Positions 28,425 through 39,011 are shown, numbered from the stretch's first letter. The stretch is DNA of 64,000 bases from Spirochaetia bacterium (GCA_963666985.2 CAXXIA010000002.1:1440001-1504000), one strand, 5' to 3'. The notes: a model not told the origin generated them from the sequence alone. Translations and numbers: made by a program.

Positions 28425-28855
28425 ATTATAATGCACCAATGGGCATTTCGAATCTCCTGGTTGAACTCTTCGAAAAAATGTCGGTCTGGGAGGCCGAAAA
28501 CGTTAAGGAAAGCGGATTATCTCTTCCTCACATGCACACGCTGGTCATGATCGGCATCCACCGGCGGCTGATTATGAAAGACTTGGCGGCCCTCATGGGC
28601 GTTACCACCGGGACATTAACGGTAACCGTCGATAAGCTGGAGAGTAAAGGACTCGTGTGCCGGGAACCGAATCCCGACGACAGACGTTCCTGGATGATCA
28701 CCCTAACCGATGACGGACATCGATTTTATCAAGACCATACGAAAGCCCACGCGAAAATGACGGCACACGGCTTGAATGATTTCACCGCGAAGGAGCAAGA
28801 AGCCTTCAAAGGCTATCTTCTTCGCTTTACTCAAAATTTCCCGGAACAAGAGTAA
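28421..28855 (+). CDS. MarR family transcriptional regulator
   Basis: wHTH with TLTVTVDKLE...PDDRRS...LT; 4-nt overlap with the ATPase gene. Confidence 0.9.
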   Translation: MNYNAPMGISNLLVELFEKMSVWEAENVKESGLSLPHMHTLVMIGIHRRLIMKDLAALMGVTTGTLTVTVDKLESKGLVCREPNPDDRRSWMITLTDDGHRFYQDHTKAHAKMTAHGLNDFTAKEQEAFKGYLLRFTQNFPEQE

Positions 28856-28952
28856 GGTTTCAATCCGCCGCGTCCGCCGCGAATCCCGGATAACGGCGGC
28901 TTAAGCGGAAAACCTTGCAGACGAGCGGACACCGTATCGGTATCATAATCCG

Positions 28953-29945
28953 ATGGAGAAATTCATGCGCAGCTTTTCCCCGGCGGTCCTTTTTTTCGCG
29001 GCCTCCTTCCTTACAGTCTTCACCTCCGGCGCCGCGGCGCAGCAGCCCGACTATTCCGATCTTCTTATCAGTCTTCTCAACGGCTACCAGAAGGTTATGA
29101 CCGCGGATTTATCGGATTCTCCCGGCGATACTTCGGGCGCCGCATGGGAACTCATTGCCGAAACCGTCAGGCAGGGATTCCTTCGCTTCACCATCGATCC
29201 GATGAACGAGGGCATCGTGGACGGCGCCCGTTTCTACGCTTCGCCGGAAGAAGAGGTGGCGCGGATTTATCTTTCTTTCCCGCTGCTGGAGTTTTCACAG
29301 GAACGGCCGGGAACGGCCTACGGCATATTAACGCGGGCCATCGCCGAAGCCGCCGCGTTCTTCGGGAGCCCGGACTTGTGGTGGAATGCTCAAAACGACG
29401 CGCTGGACCGCTTTGTTTTAACCAAAGCCTCCTACCGTCTTCAGGCGGAAATGATACGGAACCGCCTTGTTTCGGCGGAACTCGATCCGGGGTTATTGGG
29501 AAATTTCGTTTTGAAAAGCTTTGAGAACGACGGACTGACCGGAACGCTGCTCTACCTCGAAGGCCTCTCACTGTCGGTTTCCGCCTCTCTCGAAGAATAT
29601 CGAGACACCTTTCGTGAAACAGGTGATGCCGATTCTCTGCGTACCGATCTTCTCGCCTTGGGAAAAGAATTAACGGAGGCCCGAACGAATCTACCGGCCG
29701 ATGCCGCCGACAGCCGGGTTTACCCCGCGGCCGTCGCCGTTCATACCTGGCTCGAACTCACCCCCGGCCTCATCGCCGAAATCCATCGAACGGATGAAGA
29801 TGACAATATCGATTTCGGCGAGATTTTCTCAAAAGAATCCGAATACACGGCACTCAGAAGCCGAATGGAAATCTTCAGAATCAAAGACATGCCGCTGATT
29901 TATCATATAATGGAAAACACGCGAAAAGGATTTGAACTGCGCTGA
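28953..29945 (+). CDS. Exported hypothetical protein
   Basis: Signal-peptide-like N-terminus; 330-aa ORF. Confidence 0.7.
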   Translation: MEKFMRSFSPAVLFFAASFLTVFTSGAAAQQPDYSDLLISLLNGYQKVMTADLSDSPGDTSGAAWELIAETVRQGFLRFTIDPMNEGIVDGARFYASPEEEVARIYLSFPLLEFSQERPGTAYGILTRAIAEAAAFFGSPDLWWNAQNDALDRFVLTKASYRLQAEMIRNRLVSAELDPGLLGNFVLKSFENDGLTGTLLYLEGLSLSVSASLEEYRDTFRETGDADSLRTDLLALGKELTEARTNLPADAADSRVYPAAVAVHTWLELTPGLIAEIHRTDEDDNIDFGEIFSKESEYTALRSRMEIFRIKDMPLIYHIMENTRKGFELR

Positions 29946-30019
29946 TTAAGGAAACCGCGGGGAATCCCAATTCCCGCCGCCGCGTTCGCCGCCTTTTTAA
30001 ATCGGCCGCCGGTTCTATG

Positions 30020-30066
30020 AAAAAACCTCCCGTGATTCTCTGGCGGATGCACAGAAACGGGAGGTT
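30020..30066 (-). terminator. Intrinsic terminator
   Basis: AACCTCCCGT / ACGGGAGGTT stem with a T-run on the minus strand, between convergent genes. Confidence 0.6.
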
Positions 30067-30098
30067 CGCACGAAAATACGCTCGGCCGCCGATCCGGG

Positions 30099-31001
30099 CT
30101 AGAGCTTAACGGTATAGGAACAGTTCAGGAAAGGACTGAATGTCGGATTCTCGCCATCCACGTTTATAATCCGGAAAGATGCGATCATGTTAAATCCGGC
30201 CGCGGCGTAATAGATCCTCGGCTGAAGAACAACGCCTTCCAAATCCTTGGTAACCGGGAATGTTCCGTTAAATCCGACGGCAAGACCTTTCACGAAATTG
30301 CCGAGGGCGTAGCGGATTCCGCCGTCAATGTAGAGATAGGTCGACGTATCAAGGGCCGTGTCTTCTTCCGGCAGGAAGTACATCGAAAAGATTCCATTAA
30401 CCATCAGCGGTCCGTAGCGGAAGGTAACGCCGGGCCGAAGGTCGAGAAATCCGGCTTCCGGAGCAAAAAGGATTTCCGATTCAACAGAAGGTATAACGGA
30501 CATCTTTTTATTGATTGCGAACGTATAAGATATTTGGTCATACAAAAAGCCGAACGAGTCATCAATATCATTGGAAGCATAGTTGTTTTTAATCCAAAGC
30601 TTCATCGCTTTATCACTTAAGCAATACAGCGATTTTTTCTCATCCGGCAGGAAATTCATCCGGGTAAAGCTCAATTTTACCGAAAGACCTTTCCACTTCA
30701 GCGCCGCATCGGGAGTTATCGATGTGAGCGATCTCGACAAAGTCTCCTCAAAGCCGTTATTAAGCCCAAGCGTTAAACCAAGATTGAGCGTCGCGGCTTT
30801 TGCCAAGCTTATGGGATAGTGATATCCCACCGAAGAATCAAATCCGTAATAACGATCGCCGGCGTTTTCCGTAACATCCCATAGCGTCCCTTTCGCTCCG
30901 AACGTCAATGTTCCATGCTGCTGAGCCTGCTGCTGAGCCGCCGCCGACTGAGAAATCAGAAGAACGAATAAAGCCGACAATACGATAACCGTACGTTTCA
31001 T
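30099..31001 (-). CDS. Exported, probable outer-membrane beta-barrel protein
   Basis: Signal peptide, alternating amphipathic beta-strand pattern, aromatic/Gly-rich composition. Confidence 0.65.
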   Translation of the reverse strand: MKRTVIVLSALFVLLISQSAAAQQQAQQHGTLTFGAKGTLWDVTENAGDRYYGFDSSVGYHYPISLAKAATLNLGLTLGLNNGFEETLSRSLTSITPDAALKWKGLSVKLSFTRMNFLPDEKKSLYCLSDKAMKLWIKNNYASNDIDDSFGFLYDQISYTFAINKKMSVIPSVESEILFAPEAGFLDLRPGVTFRYGPLMVNGIFSMYFLPEEDTALDTSTYLYIDGGIRYALGNFVKGLAVGFNGTFPVTKDLEGVVLQPRIYYAAAGFNMIASFRIINVDGENPTFSPFLNCSYTVKL

Positions 31002-31273
31002 ATATAAATCCTCTTTCTTTAAAACAGCCGATTGGCCATTTTAACTATGTTAGTTGAATCTTAGTAAATTCGCCTTAATTCACACGGAATTGTCAAGACT
31101 TCAACGCTCTTTTATCAATGGGATTAAGCGGATTTCGCCGAATTGGGAGATTCGAAGCCTCAAGAATGACCGTTCCTTAAAGGAAGCGCCGCATAAAGGG
31201 CGAAGTCGGTTTCCCTTTTCATTCCAAAATCTTTCGGCTTACTCTGTTGGAAATGAACACACGGAGATGCGTT

Positions 31274-32110
31274 ATGAAATTGAGTAAAAAGGGAGTCGTT
31301 ATTACGGGAGGCGCCGGAGGCATCGGGACGGCAACGGTTCGGCGCCTGCTCGCCGAAGGCTGCCTGGTATCGATTTGGGATATCTCTCATGACGTCTTGG
31401 ACCGCGCCGCCGGGCTGCTCGCCGAAGAAGGCATTACCGGCGGCAGACTCTTTTTTCATGCCGTGGACATAACCGACGGCGATGCGGTTCTCAAAGCCGT
31501 GGACACCGCTCTTTCCGAGATGGGCCGCATCGATATCCTGATCAATAATGCCGGGCATATGGCTCCCGGGAAATTAACGGACCAGCATCCCTTTGTTTGG
31601 GAAACCACGATTCGCGTAAATGTCACCGGCGTTATCAACGTAACCCATGCGGTTCTTCCTCATTTTTACAGTCGGAAATCAGGTCATGTCGTCAACATAT
31701 CCTCGGCCGCGGGCTTGGTGGGCGTTTCCGGACTGGCCGTTTATTCGGCCAGCAAATGGGCTGTTTTCGGCCTTACCGAAGCCCTCAGGCATGAAGCGGC
31801 CGATTCGGGATATAAACAGATTCGCTTCTCCTCGATTCATCCGAATTATATTTCCAGCGGAATGTTCGAAGGCGCCAAAATCAAAGGTTTGGGCGGTTTG
31901 GTTATCCCAAGGCTCCGCAATCACGATGTCGTCGCCAAGGCAATCGTCGAAAAAGCGCTTAAAAAAAACCGGCGTATCGTGCGCCGGCCCCGAACACTTT
32001 GGCTGGCGACCTTCCTTCGGGGAATACTGCCGGATGCCGGTTTTTCATGGGTGGCCCGAATCCTGAACGTCAACACCAGCATGAACACTTGGAGGGGACC
32101 GAAAACATAA
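31274..32110 (+). CDS. Short-chain dehydrogenase/reductase
   Basis: TGGAGGIG, NNAG, SS and YSASK motifs. Confidence 0.92.
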   Translation: MKLSKKGVVITGGAGGIGTATVRRLLAEGCLVSIWDISHDVLDRAAGLLAEEGITGGRLFFHAVDITDGDAVLKAVDTALSEMGRIDILINNAGHMAPGKLTDQHPFVWETTIRVNVTGVINVTHAVLPHFYSRKSGHVVNISSAAGLVGVSGLAVYSASKWAVFGLTEALRHEAADSGYKQIRFSSIHPNYISSGMFEGAKIKGLGGLVIPRLRNHDVVAKAIVEKALKKNRRIVRRPRTLWLATFLRGILPDAGFSWVARILNVNTSMNTWRGPKT

Positions 32111-32132
32111 GGAATCTCAAAGGAGCATCAGC

Positions 32133-33383
32133 ATGATCGGCGATATCAAATTCAGAGCATACAATCCAGAAAAGGATGAAAAGGCGGTTATCCGTATCTG
32201 GAAGGAATGCGGATGGCTCGACTTAAAGAAGAACCGAAAGGCTCGCGAGGCGTTCCGGGAGTTTTTGGAGTGCGGTACGGCCGACGTGGCCGAATTTCAA
32301 AACACAGCCGAATGTCTGGTCTCAACCCATAAGGGCACAATTGTTCTACGGGATTCGGACCTTCCGTTCCGCGCGGTTACCGATGTCGTCACGGGACGAA
32401 CACTCAGGCGTCTCGGCATCGCCGGAAAACTGACGGCTCAAACCCTTGCCCGCGCGGCGGCCGAGAAAGACGCGGTCGCGGGACTCGGAATCTTCGATCA
32501 AGGTTTCTACAACAAACTCGGCTTTGGAAATCTTCCTTACATCCGAACCGTCACCTTCGATCCCCTGACCCTGAACGTCCCGAAACTGCGCCGGCCTCCG
32601 ATCAGACTCGGTTTAAAGGATGCGCCGCGCATCGCGGCATCTCTTGCCGAACGCCGCAGGCGGCATGGGATGGTCATTCTCCCGCAAGAAAAATTCCTCG
32701 GGATGATTATGCTCGAATCGGAAGACGACTTCGGTTTGGGCTTCGAAGATGAATACGGGAACCTCACCCACCATTTCTGGGCAAAGCCCAAGAGCTACAG
32801 CGGTCCTTACGAAGTCCGATGGATGGCCTATCGCGATTATGACGGACTGACGGAACTTCTTTCCCTTATGAAAAATCTCGGCGATCAGGTTCATGCCTTC
32901 ACTCTTCGGGAACCGCAGGGAATCCAAATTCAGGATCTCCTTCAAAGGCCGTCAAGAACCCGCAATATCACGAGGGGGAGCCTGTTCGCCAATGAAATAA
33001 CGGACGCATCCTTCAAGCAAATTCGGATTTTGGACTTGGATGCCGTTTTGGCGGCGCTGAAATTACCCGCGGGGTGCATTCGATTCAACCTGGAACTGAC
33101 GGATCCCATCACGGCGTTTCTGCCTGATCATGCGCCGTGGCGGGGAGTCGAAGGGGAATGGACGATCAAACTCGATGAAGACGGCTCCACGGCGAAACAC
33201 GGAATCTCTCCGGATCTGCGGACGATGAAGGCGTCGATAAACGCCTTCACCCGATTGGTTTTCGGCGTTTGCCCGGCCGGCGGCCTGGCCGTTACGGACG
33301 ATTTATCGGCCCCGGCCGACCTGTTGGACGAACTCGACCGAAAACTACTCCTGCCCGAGCCCGAAATGACGCAGATTTACTAA
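32133..33383 (+). CDS. Eis-like GNAT acetyltransferase with an SCP2-like C-terminus
   Basis: RRLGIAGKL acetyl-CoA motif and GFYNKLGF; about 416-aa Eis-type architecture. Confidence 0.8.
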   Translation: MIGDIKFRAYNPEKDEKAVIRIWKECGWLDLKKNRKAREAFREFLECGTADVAEFQNTAECLVSTHKGTIVLRDSDLPFRAVTDVVTGRTLRRLGIAGKLTAQTLARAAAEKDAVAGLGIFDQGFYNKLGFGNLPYIRTVTFDPLTLNVPKLRRPPIRLGLKDAPRIAASLAERRRRHGMVILPQEKFLGMIMLESEDDFGLGFEDEYGNLTHHFWAKPKSYSGPYEVRWMAYRDYDGLTELLSLMKNLGDQVHAFTLREPQGIQIQDLLQRPSRTRNITRGSLFANEITDASFKQIRILDLDAVLAALKLPAGCIRFNLELTDPITAFLPDHAPWRGVEGEWTIKLDEDGSTAKHGISPDLRTMKASINAFTRLVFGVCPAGGLAVTDDLSAPADLLDELDRKLLLPEPEMTQIY

Positions 33384-33513
33384 AAACCGGCGGAGGCGAT
33401 TCGGAAATCAACGATTTTTGAAATAAAGCCCTTCCACAGCGCATTCACGGGGTTTCGGCTGCCGAATAAAGGCCGTTCCATTCAATGAATGGACCACGGC
33501 GGACCTGAGATTC

Positions 33514-34725
33514 TTAAACCTCCAGCGCCTCCTCCAGGGCCCGCAGAAACAGTCCCACGTCGCTTACCACGCCGACCGTCTGGGCGCTGCCCCGGTCCGA
33601 AAGCTTGGTAACCACCGCGGGATTGATGTCCACGCACACGATTTTCACCCAGCTGGGGGTCATGTTGCCCGTACCGATGGAATGGAGCATGGTCGAGAGC
33701 ATCAGAATCATATCCGCTCCGGCGACGATATCGGCGTAGGCGGCCTGGGCGGCGATCATGTCCGTCTGCGTTTCCGGCAAAGGGCCGTCGTCGCGGATGG
33801 ATCCGGCCAGACAATACGGCGTTCCTTTACGGATAATCTCATACATCAGCCCGGAGGTGAGTTCCCCGGCATCCATCATTTTCCGAATGGAACCGTGGGA
33901 ATAGACGGCGTTGATGGCCATCATATGATTCTTATGTCCTTCATGGGTGGGTCTGCCGGTAGCCAGATCCACGCCCAGCGAGGTTCCGAAAAGACGATAT
34001 TCCAAGTCGTGAACAGCGATGGCGTTCCCTCCGAGGAAGCCGTCGATCCAGCCCTCCTTCACCAGGGCGGCCAGCGCATCGGCGCCGCCGGTATGAACCA
34101 CGACGGGACCGGCCACCACGACGATTTTTCCGCCGTTTTCCCGAATGCTCCGCATCTGATCGGCGATTTTCTCCGCCGCCTGCGTGGCGTTCCGCTCGGA
34201 AGACACTTCGTTGCTCATGAAAGCAAAACCGTCGGAGGCCGCCGCTTGCGTTTCGGGAGGAAACACCCGAACCGATCCGGCTCCCACAAGTACGGAATCG
34301 CCCGCCTTCAGATCGCGGAGCTTCACGCATTCCAGGCCCGCGGAACGGCGGACGACCGCGGCGTCCATCCTCTGTCGGGCCACGGGCCGCCATCGCCCGC
34401 CGGTGAAAACTTCGCTGCGATGATTGGTGGTGGAATAAAAATCCTGAGGCGCCGCCCGGTCGCGGACAACTTCACTCCAAACCGCTTCGCTCTCGCCCAG
34501 GGCATGAACTCCCATCGGAACAAGCTTCGCGGCGACCGCTTCCAGCGCTTCCTCGGAACCGGCCTTAAGCCGAATCCGCATCGTCGATTCTTCCTCGGGA
34601 ACCTTTCCCACGTCGAAGCGCAGAATCTCGTAGTCCACCCCTTCGCGCAGAATGATATTTAAAACGGCGGACAGCAAACCGGAGTCGATCAAATGCCCTT
34701 TGTGGATCAGATCTTTGGTAACCAT
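33514..34725 (-). CDS. TIGR00300 / LOR-SDH-like protein (ArgZ/AgrE C-terminal-like ornithine cyclodeaminase)
   Basis: GHLIDSG, FYSTTNH, FMSNEVSSER, LAGSIRDDGPLP, MLHSIGTGN, KLSDRGS. Confidence 0.85.
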   Translation of the reverse strand: MVTKDLIHKGHLIDSGLLSAVLNIILREGVDYEILRFDVGKVPEEESTMRIRLKAGSEEALEAVAAKLVPMGVHALGESEAVWSEVVRDRAAPQDFYSTTNHRSEVFTGGRWRPVARQRMDAAVVRRSAGLECVKLRDLKAGDSVLVGAGSVRVFPPETQAAASDGFAFMSNEVSSERNATQAAEKIADQMRSIRENGGKIVVVAGPVVVHTGGADALAALVKEGWIDGFLGGNAIAVHDLEYRLFGTSLGVDLATGRPTHEGHKNHMMAINAVYSHGSIRKMMDAGELTSGLMYEIIRKGTPYCLAGSIRDDGPLPETQTDMIAAQAAYADIVAGADMILMLSTMLHSIGTGNMTPSWVKIVCVDINPAVVTKLSDRGSAQTVGVVSDVGLFLRALEEALEV

Positions 34726-34756
34726 GGGGTGAATATGACCGGGGCGTGCCGGGATT

Positions 34757-37741
34757 TCAACCCCCGGTTTCTTTCAGCGCCGCTTTCATCTTTTCCGGCG
34801 TTGCGGGGAGGTGCGTCATTCGCACGCCCACGGCGTCGCAAACGGATGCGATGATTGCCGGCGCCGTTGCCAGAGACGGCACTTCGGCAAGTCCCTTAAC
34901 CCCGTAGGGTCCCCAGGGGTGCGGCACTTCCACCAAAACATTGATGATTTCAGGCACTTCGTTCGCCTTGGGCAGTCCGCATGCTCCCAAAGTCTTCGTA
35001 ACGGCGCGTCCTTCCTCCGTGCGAAACTCCTCGCTCAGTGCGTAGCCCACGCCCATTCCCACGCCCCCTTCCTGCTGACCTTCGACGGCCCGGGGATTTA
35101 AAGGATTCCCGATATCGCCCGCGGTAACGATCTTTAAGACCTTCACGGCGCCCGTTTCCGGATTCACCGCCGTCCAGGCGGCCTGAGCGCCGTAACCGTA
35201 GCACCAATGAGTTCGATAATTAAGAAGGGGTTTCGCGCCGTCTTTGAGGCTGCCGCGGCCGCCGTCTTTCTCGGGGCCGTCCGCGCCGTCCACATCGTCC
35301 GCGCCGCCCGCGTTTTCCCGCCGATGGAAGTGATCGGAGGCGCAGCCGCAGCCGGTGTCCTCGGAGGAAGCGGCCCGCGCACCCCCGCTTCGATCCTCGG
35401 GGAGCATCGGCATCGGCTCCTCGGGGAAACCCTCGGTTTCCGGGGCGAAAGACCGGTATTCGGCCGTGAATTCGCCGCCGAGGTCGGCCAAGGAAATTTT
35501 GCGCTCTCCATTTTTCTCAACGACCGCATCGCCTTCCAGAATCAGGACGCCGGGATTCTGAATGCCGAGCCCGGCGGCGGCCTTTTCCAGCAGATCGGAA
35601 AGAAGAGTTCGGCAGGCGCCCAGGGTGGCGTTCCCCGAAAGGAAGGTTTGCCGTGAAGCCGTGGTGGCTCCCGCGAACGGTGTAGCGCCCGTATCCGGTT
35701 CGTGTACGGTCACCCGAGCCACCGGCACGCCCAAGGCTTTGGAAACAATTTTCGCCTGACCGGCGGCGGCGCCCTGGCCGTATTCATGATGAGTGACAAA
35801 AAGCCGGATGGAACCGTCGGAGCTCAGCACGACGCGGGCGCCCGCGCTCTCGGGGAAATTATGTCCGAACCCGATATTCTTCACGCCGCAGGCAATACCG
35901 AATCCGGGAACGAAACCGGCCGGAATCGGAGGAGCCTCTTCCCGTTCCGCGGCACTCCGAAGCGCTTCGATCACCTCCACAGCACCGGGAAGACCGGGTT
36001 CCAGAACGTGTCCGGTAACCGTCGGCAGTCCCGGACGAAGAGCGTTTTTGATTCGGATTTCATACGGATCGGCTCCGGTTTTGCAAACGGCCATGTCCAC
36101 CAGCGATTCGATGACGAAATTGGCCTGATTCGCGCCGAAGCCCCGCATGGCGCCGGTCATTACGTTATGGGTATGCACCGAAACGCCGTGTATGGAAACT
36201 TCGGGGATGTAATAGGGACCGCCGACGAAAGCCATCATGTTTTCGATGATGTCGAAACCGATGGCGGCGTAAGCGCCTTTATCGGTCAGAATATCCGCCT
36301 GAAGCGCGGTGAAGCGGCCGTCCCCGTCCAGCCCCAGGCGGGCCTTGAAACGGGAGGGATGCTTCTTCTGCACCGCCTGAAGCGATTGGGCCCGCGTCAG
36401 GGTGATTTTCACAGGCCGGTTGAATTTCAAAGCCCCCAGAGCCAGAAGGTGCTGAAGAAGAACGTCTTCCTTGCCTCCGAAAGCCCCGCCCGTAGGCAGC
36501 TGGATAACCCGGACTTTATCTTCGGGCAGCCCGACGCATTCGGCCACCTGCCGCCTGTCGTCATACACGGTTTGAGTGGGATAGCGGATAATCACGCCGC
36601 CGTTTCCGTCGGCTTCGGCGTGACCCGATTCGGGCTCCATGTAGCCGTGAATAACACGTTCGGTGGTGAAAATTCCTTCCACGACCGTGTGGGATTTCGC
36701 CAAGGCGGCTTCGGCATCGCCGCGAACCAGAGTTTCTTCGTAAAAGACATTTCCCGGCTTCGACGGATTCACCTGCGGCGCGCCGTCCTTCAGGGCGGCG
36801 TCCATATCGAAAACTCCGGGCAAAGTCCGGTACACGGCCTCGGCCGCCTCCAAAGCCGCACTCGCCGCTTCGGGAGTTTCGGCGAAAAGAACACACAGAG
36901 GGTCCGCGACCGAACGGATTTCGCCGCCGACGGGAACCAGACCGGGTTCGTCTCTATCCACCATGCCGATTCGGTTTGAACCCTTAACATCTTCGGCCCT
37001 CAGAACGCCCGCAACACCGTCTACGGCCAGAGAGGCATCCAGCCTGAGTTCCTCCAAAACGGCATGAGGTTCTTCGGAATAGAAAACCGCGCCGTAGAGA
37101 ACCCCTTCCGGATGGATATCGTCGGCATACCGTATTCGGGCCGTAACGCGTTCGGCCGCATCCGAGCGGCGCAGAGCGGCGTCATCGTCCTTCTCCGCCA
37201 GCCTGGGCGCCTCGCCCCGGAGAAGACGCCCGGCTTCCTCCACGGCATCGACGATTTTCGCATACCCGGTACAGCGGCAGAGATTGCGCGGGGCGATGTA
37301 TTTCCGAATCTCCTCGCGGGTCGGATCGGGATTCGCGTCCAGTAAGGCCTTGGCCGTCAGAATCATTCCCGGCGTGCAGAATCCGCACTGCACCGCGCCG
37401 GCGTCGACGAACGCTTTCTGTATCGGATGAAGCTCCCCGTCGGGACCGGAAAGCCCCTCGACTGTTTCGATGAGGGCGCCGGAAAGCCGGGAGCCGCTCA
37501 TCTTCGTAACACAGGATTTGATCGGACGGCCGTTGAGCAGAACCGTGCAGGCGCCGCAGTGACCCGTTCCGCAGCCGTTGCGCGCGCCGAACAGGCCGTG
37601 CTCCCGGCGCAGGTAATCCAGAAGAGTCGTTCCGGCTTTAACCCGCGCACTCACGTTTTGGCCGTTCAAAACAAAAGCCGTCTCTATAAATTCTTCATTC
37701 ACGGATGTTTCCGCGGCTTGGTGTTTCTCGCTCACAATCAA
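34757..37741 (-). CDS. Xanthine dehydrogenase/aldehyde oxidoreductase family molybdoenzyme with fused 2x[2Fe-2S] domain
   Basis: CGTGHCGAC, QCGFC...CRC, GGAFGGK, AMRGFG, TTASRQT, KGLAE. No FAD domain. Confidence 0.9.
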   Translation of the reverse strand: MIVSEKHQAAETSVNEEFIETAFVLNGQNVSARVKAGTTLLDYLRREHGLFGARNGCGTGHCGACTVLLNGRPIKSCVTKMSGSRLSGALIETVEGLSGPDGELHPIQKAFVDAGAVQCGFCTPGMILTAKALLDANPDPTREEIRKYIAPRNLCRCTGYAKIVDAVEEAGRLLRGEAPRLAEKDDDAALRRSDAAERVTARIRYADDIHPEGVLYGAVFYSEEPHAVLEELRLDASLAVDGVAGVLRAEDVKGSNRIGMVDRDEPGLVPVGGEIRSVADPLCVLFAETPEAASAALEAAEAVYRTLPGVFDMDAALKDGAPQVNPSKPGNVFYEETLVRGDAEAALAKSHTVVEGIFTTERVIHGYMEPESGHAEADGNGGVIIRYPTQTVYDDRRQVAECVGLPEDKVRVIQLPTGGAFGGKEDVLLQHLLALGALKFNRPVKITLTRAQSLQAVQKKHPSRFKARLGLDGDGRFTALQADILTDKGAYAAIGFDIIENMMAFVGGPYYIPEVSIHGVSVHTHNVMTGAMRGFGANQANFVIESLVDMAVCKTGADPYEIRIKNALRPGLPTVTGHVLEPGLPGAVEVIEALRSAAEREEAPPIPAGFVPGFGIACGVKNIGFGHNFPESAGARVVLSSDGSIRLFVTHHEYGQGAAAGQAKIVSKALGVPVARVTVHEPDTGATPFAGATTASRQTFLSGNATLGACRTLLSDLLEKAAAGLGIQNPGVLILEGDAVVEKNGERKISLADLGGEFTAEYRSFAPETEGFPEEPMPMLPEDRSGGARAASSEDTGCGCASDHFHRRENAGGADDVDGADGPEKDGGRGSLKDGAKPLLNYRTHWCYGYGAQAAWTAVNPETGAVKVLKIVTAGDIGNPLNPRAVEGQQEGGVGMGVGYALSEEFRTEEGRAVTKTLGACGLPKANEVPEIINVLVEVPHPWGPYGVKGLAEVPSLATAPAIIASVCDAVGVRMTHLPATPEKMKAALKETGG

Positions 37742-37744
37742 TCC

Positions 37745-38410
37745 TTATCTCAAAGCATTCAAATAAACGCCGATAAACTCGTCGATTCTTTTATGCCGGT
37801 ACTGCATGATCCATCGGGGATGGGGCAGCGGTTCAACGCGGTCGAAAAATCCGTGCCGATCGTTGAAAGCCTTCAGCGCATCAAAATTTTTCCCCCGCCC
37901 CATGCTGAACGCCGTACGGCGATCGGCTCCGGCGGCGATCTGCCGCCTCATGGCCTCGGCCATCCATTCGTCCAGACGTTCGGCCAGTCCCCCGACATCA
38001 TAATAATTCAAATTCTTTCCGTCCCGAACATAACCCACGGGAGAAAGAGCCGTCAGATAAAAACGGGAACAGAATTCCTTCACACCGCCGTATGCATTCA
38101 TCATTTTATAGACAAAATCGCTGGAAAGCTCCCGGCCGCCCTTCAGATCGTGCGGAATCCCGCAGTCTTCCGCCAAACGGATAGGATCGGTAAAACAAAT
38201 ACCGGTAACTCCGGCACCGAAACGTCCGGGGTTTATCCCTATGAGGAAAACGCGGGAAGCCGAATCGCCGTAGAACTTTTCGTAGTACGCGCCCATCACG
38301 CGCCGGGTTTCGGGGTTTCCGTAGGGCCACAGAATCTCCACGCCGCCGGGAAGTTCCTGCGGCGGTGTTAGGGTATCGAAGAAATCCAGAATGGCGCCGG
38401 CGAAACTCAT
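37745..38410 (-). CDS. SMUG2/DUF4918-type uracil-DNA glycosylase family protein
   Basis: GINPGRFGAGVTG, FTDP, ELSS, NLNYYD, HPRWIMQY. Confidence 0.85.
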   Translation of the reverse strand: MSFAGAILDFFDTLTPPQELPGGVEILWPYGNPETRRVMGAYYEKFYGDSASRVFLIGINPGRFGAGVTGICFTDPIRLAEDCGIPHDLKGGRELSSDFVYKMMNAYGGVKEFCSRFYLTALSPVGYVRDGKNLNYYDVGGLAERLDEWMAEAMRRQIAAGADRRTAFSMGRGKNFDALKAFNDRHGFFDRVEPLPHPRWIMQYRHKRIDEFIGVYLNALR

Positions 38411-38528
38411 GCGGGGGATTCTACACGTTTCGGCCGGAAATAGGGAGATTGTGATATATATTGAGTCAATGTATTATCAGATTGCAGCTTTTTATGAATA
38501 AAATACAATTGTTAGTCAGGAGAAAACA

Positions 38529-39011
38529 ATGAAAAAAGTGATGATGCTGATTCTCGTCATTGCCGCTTTGGCCATTCCCGCAATGGCCGCGGACAACGGA
38601 CAGGGGAAAATGAAAGCAGGCGGACTTTTCGGATATCCCTCCGGGGTTGCCGCCACTATCGGTGTTCCCATCGGCAATACAACCGAATTAAACGGAATCG
38701 TCGGTTTCGGCTGGAATTTCAACTACCTGGCCGCCGGAGCGAATTTTCTGTGGACTCTTTGGGAACCGGAAATCGAAGGCGAAACATTTCCTTTATCTCT
38801 CGGACCGGAAGCGGTTGTCTTCGTCCCCTTGAACAACGCCGACGTTTTGGGACTGGGCGTTTATGCGAATCTGCGCTGGGAGTACACCTTCGACTTTCCC
38901 TTGAATTTATTCGTAGAATTCGGATTGGGTCTTGATATTTTCTTCTGGGACAGCGGTTCCGTTGCCGGCTTTGACGGCAAAGGCGCTGTCGGAGCACGGT
39001 ACGTTTTTTAA
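38529..39011 (+). CDS. Small outer-membrane beta-barrel protein
   Basis: Signal peptide, about 8 amphipathic strands, C-terminal GARYVF aromatic signature. Confidence 0.75.
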   Translation: MKKVMMLILVIAALAIPAMAADNGQGKMKAGGLFGYPSGVAATIGVPIGNTTELNGIVGFGWNFNYLAAGANFLWTLWEPEIEGETFPLSLGPEAVVFVPLNNADVLGLGVYANLRWEYTFDFPLNLFVEFGLGLDIFFWDSGSVAGFDGKGAVGARYVF

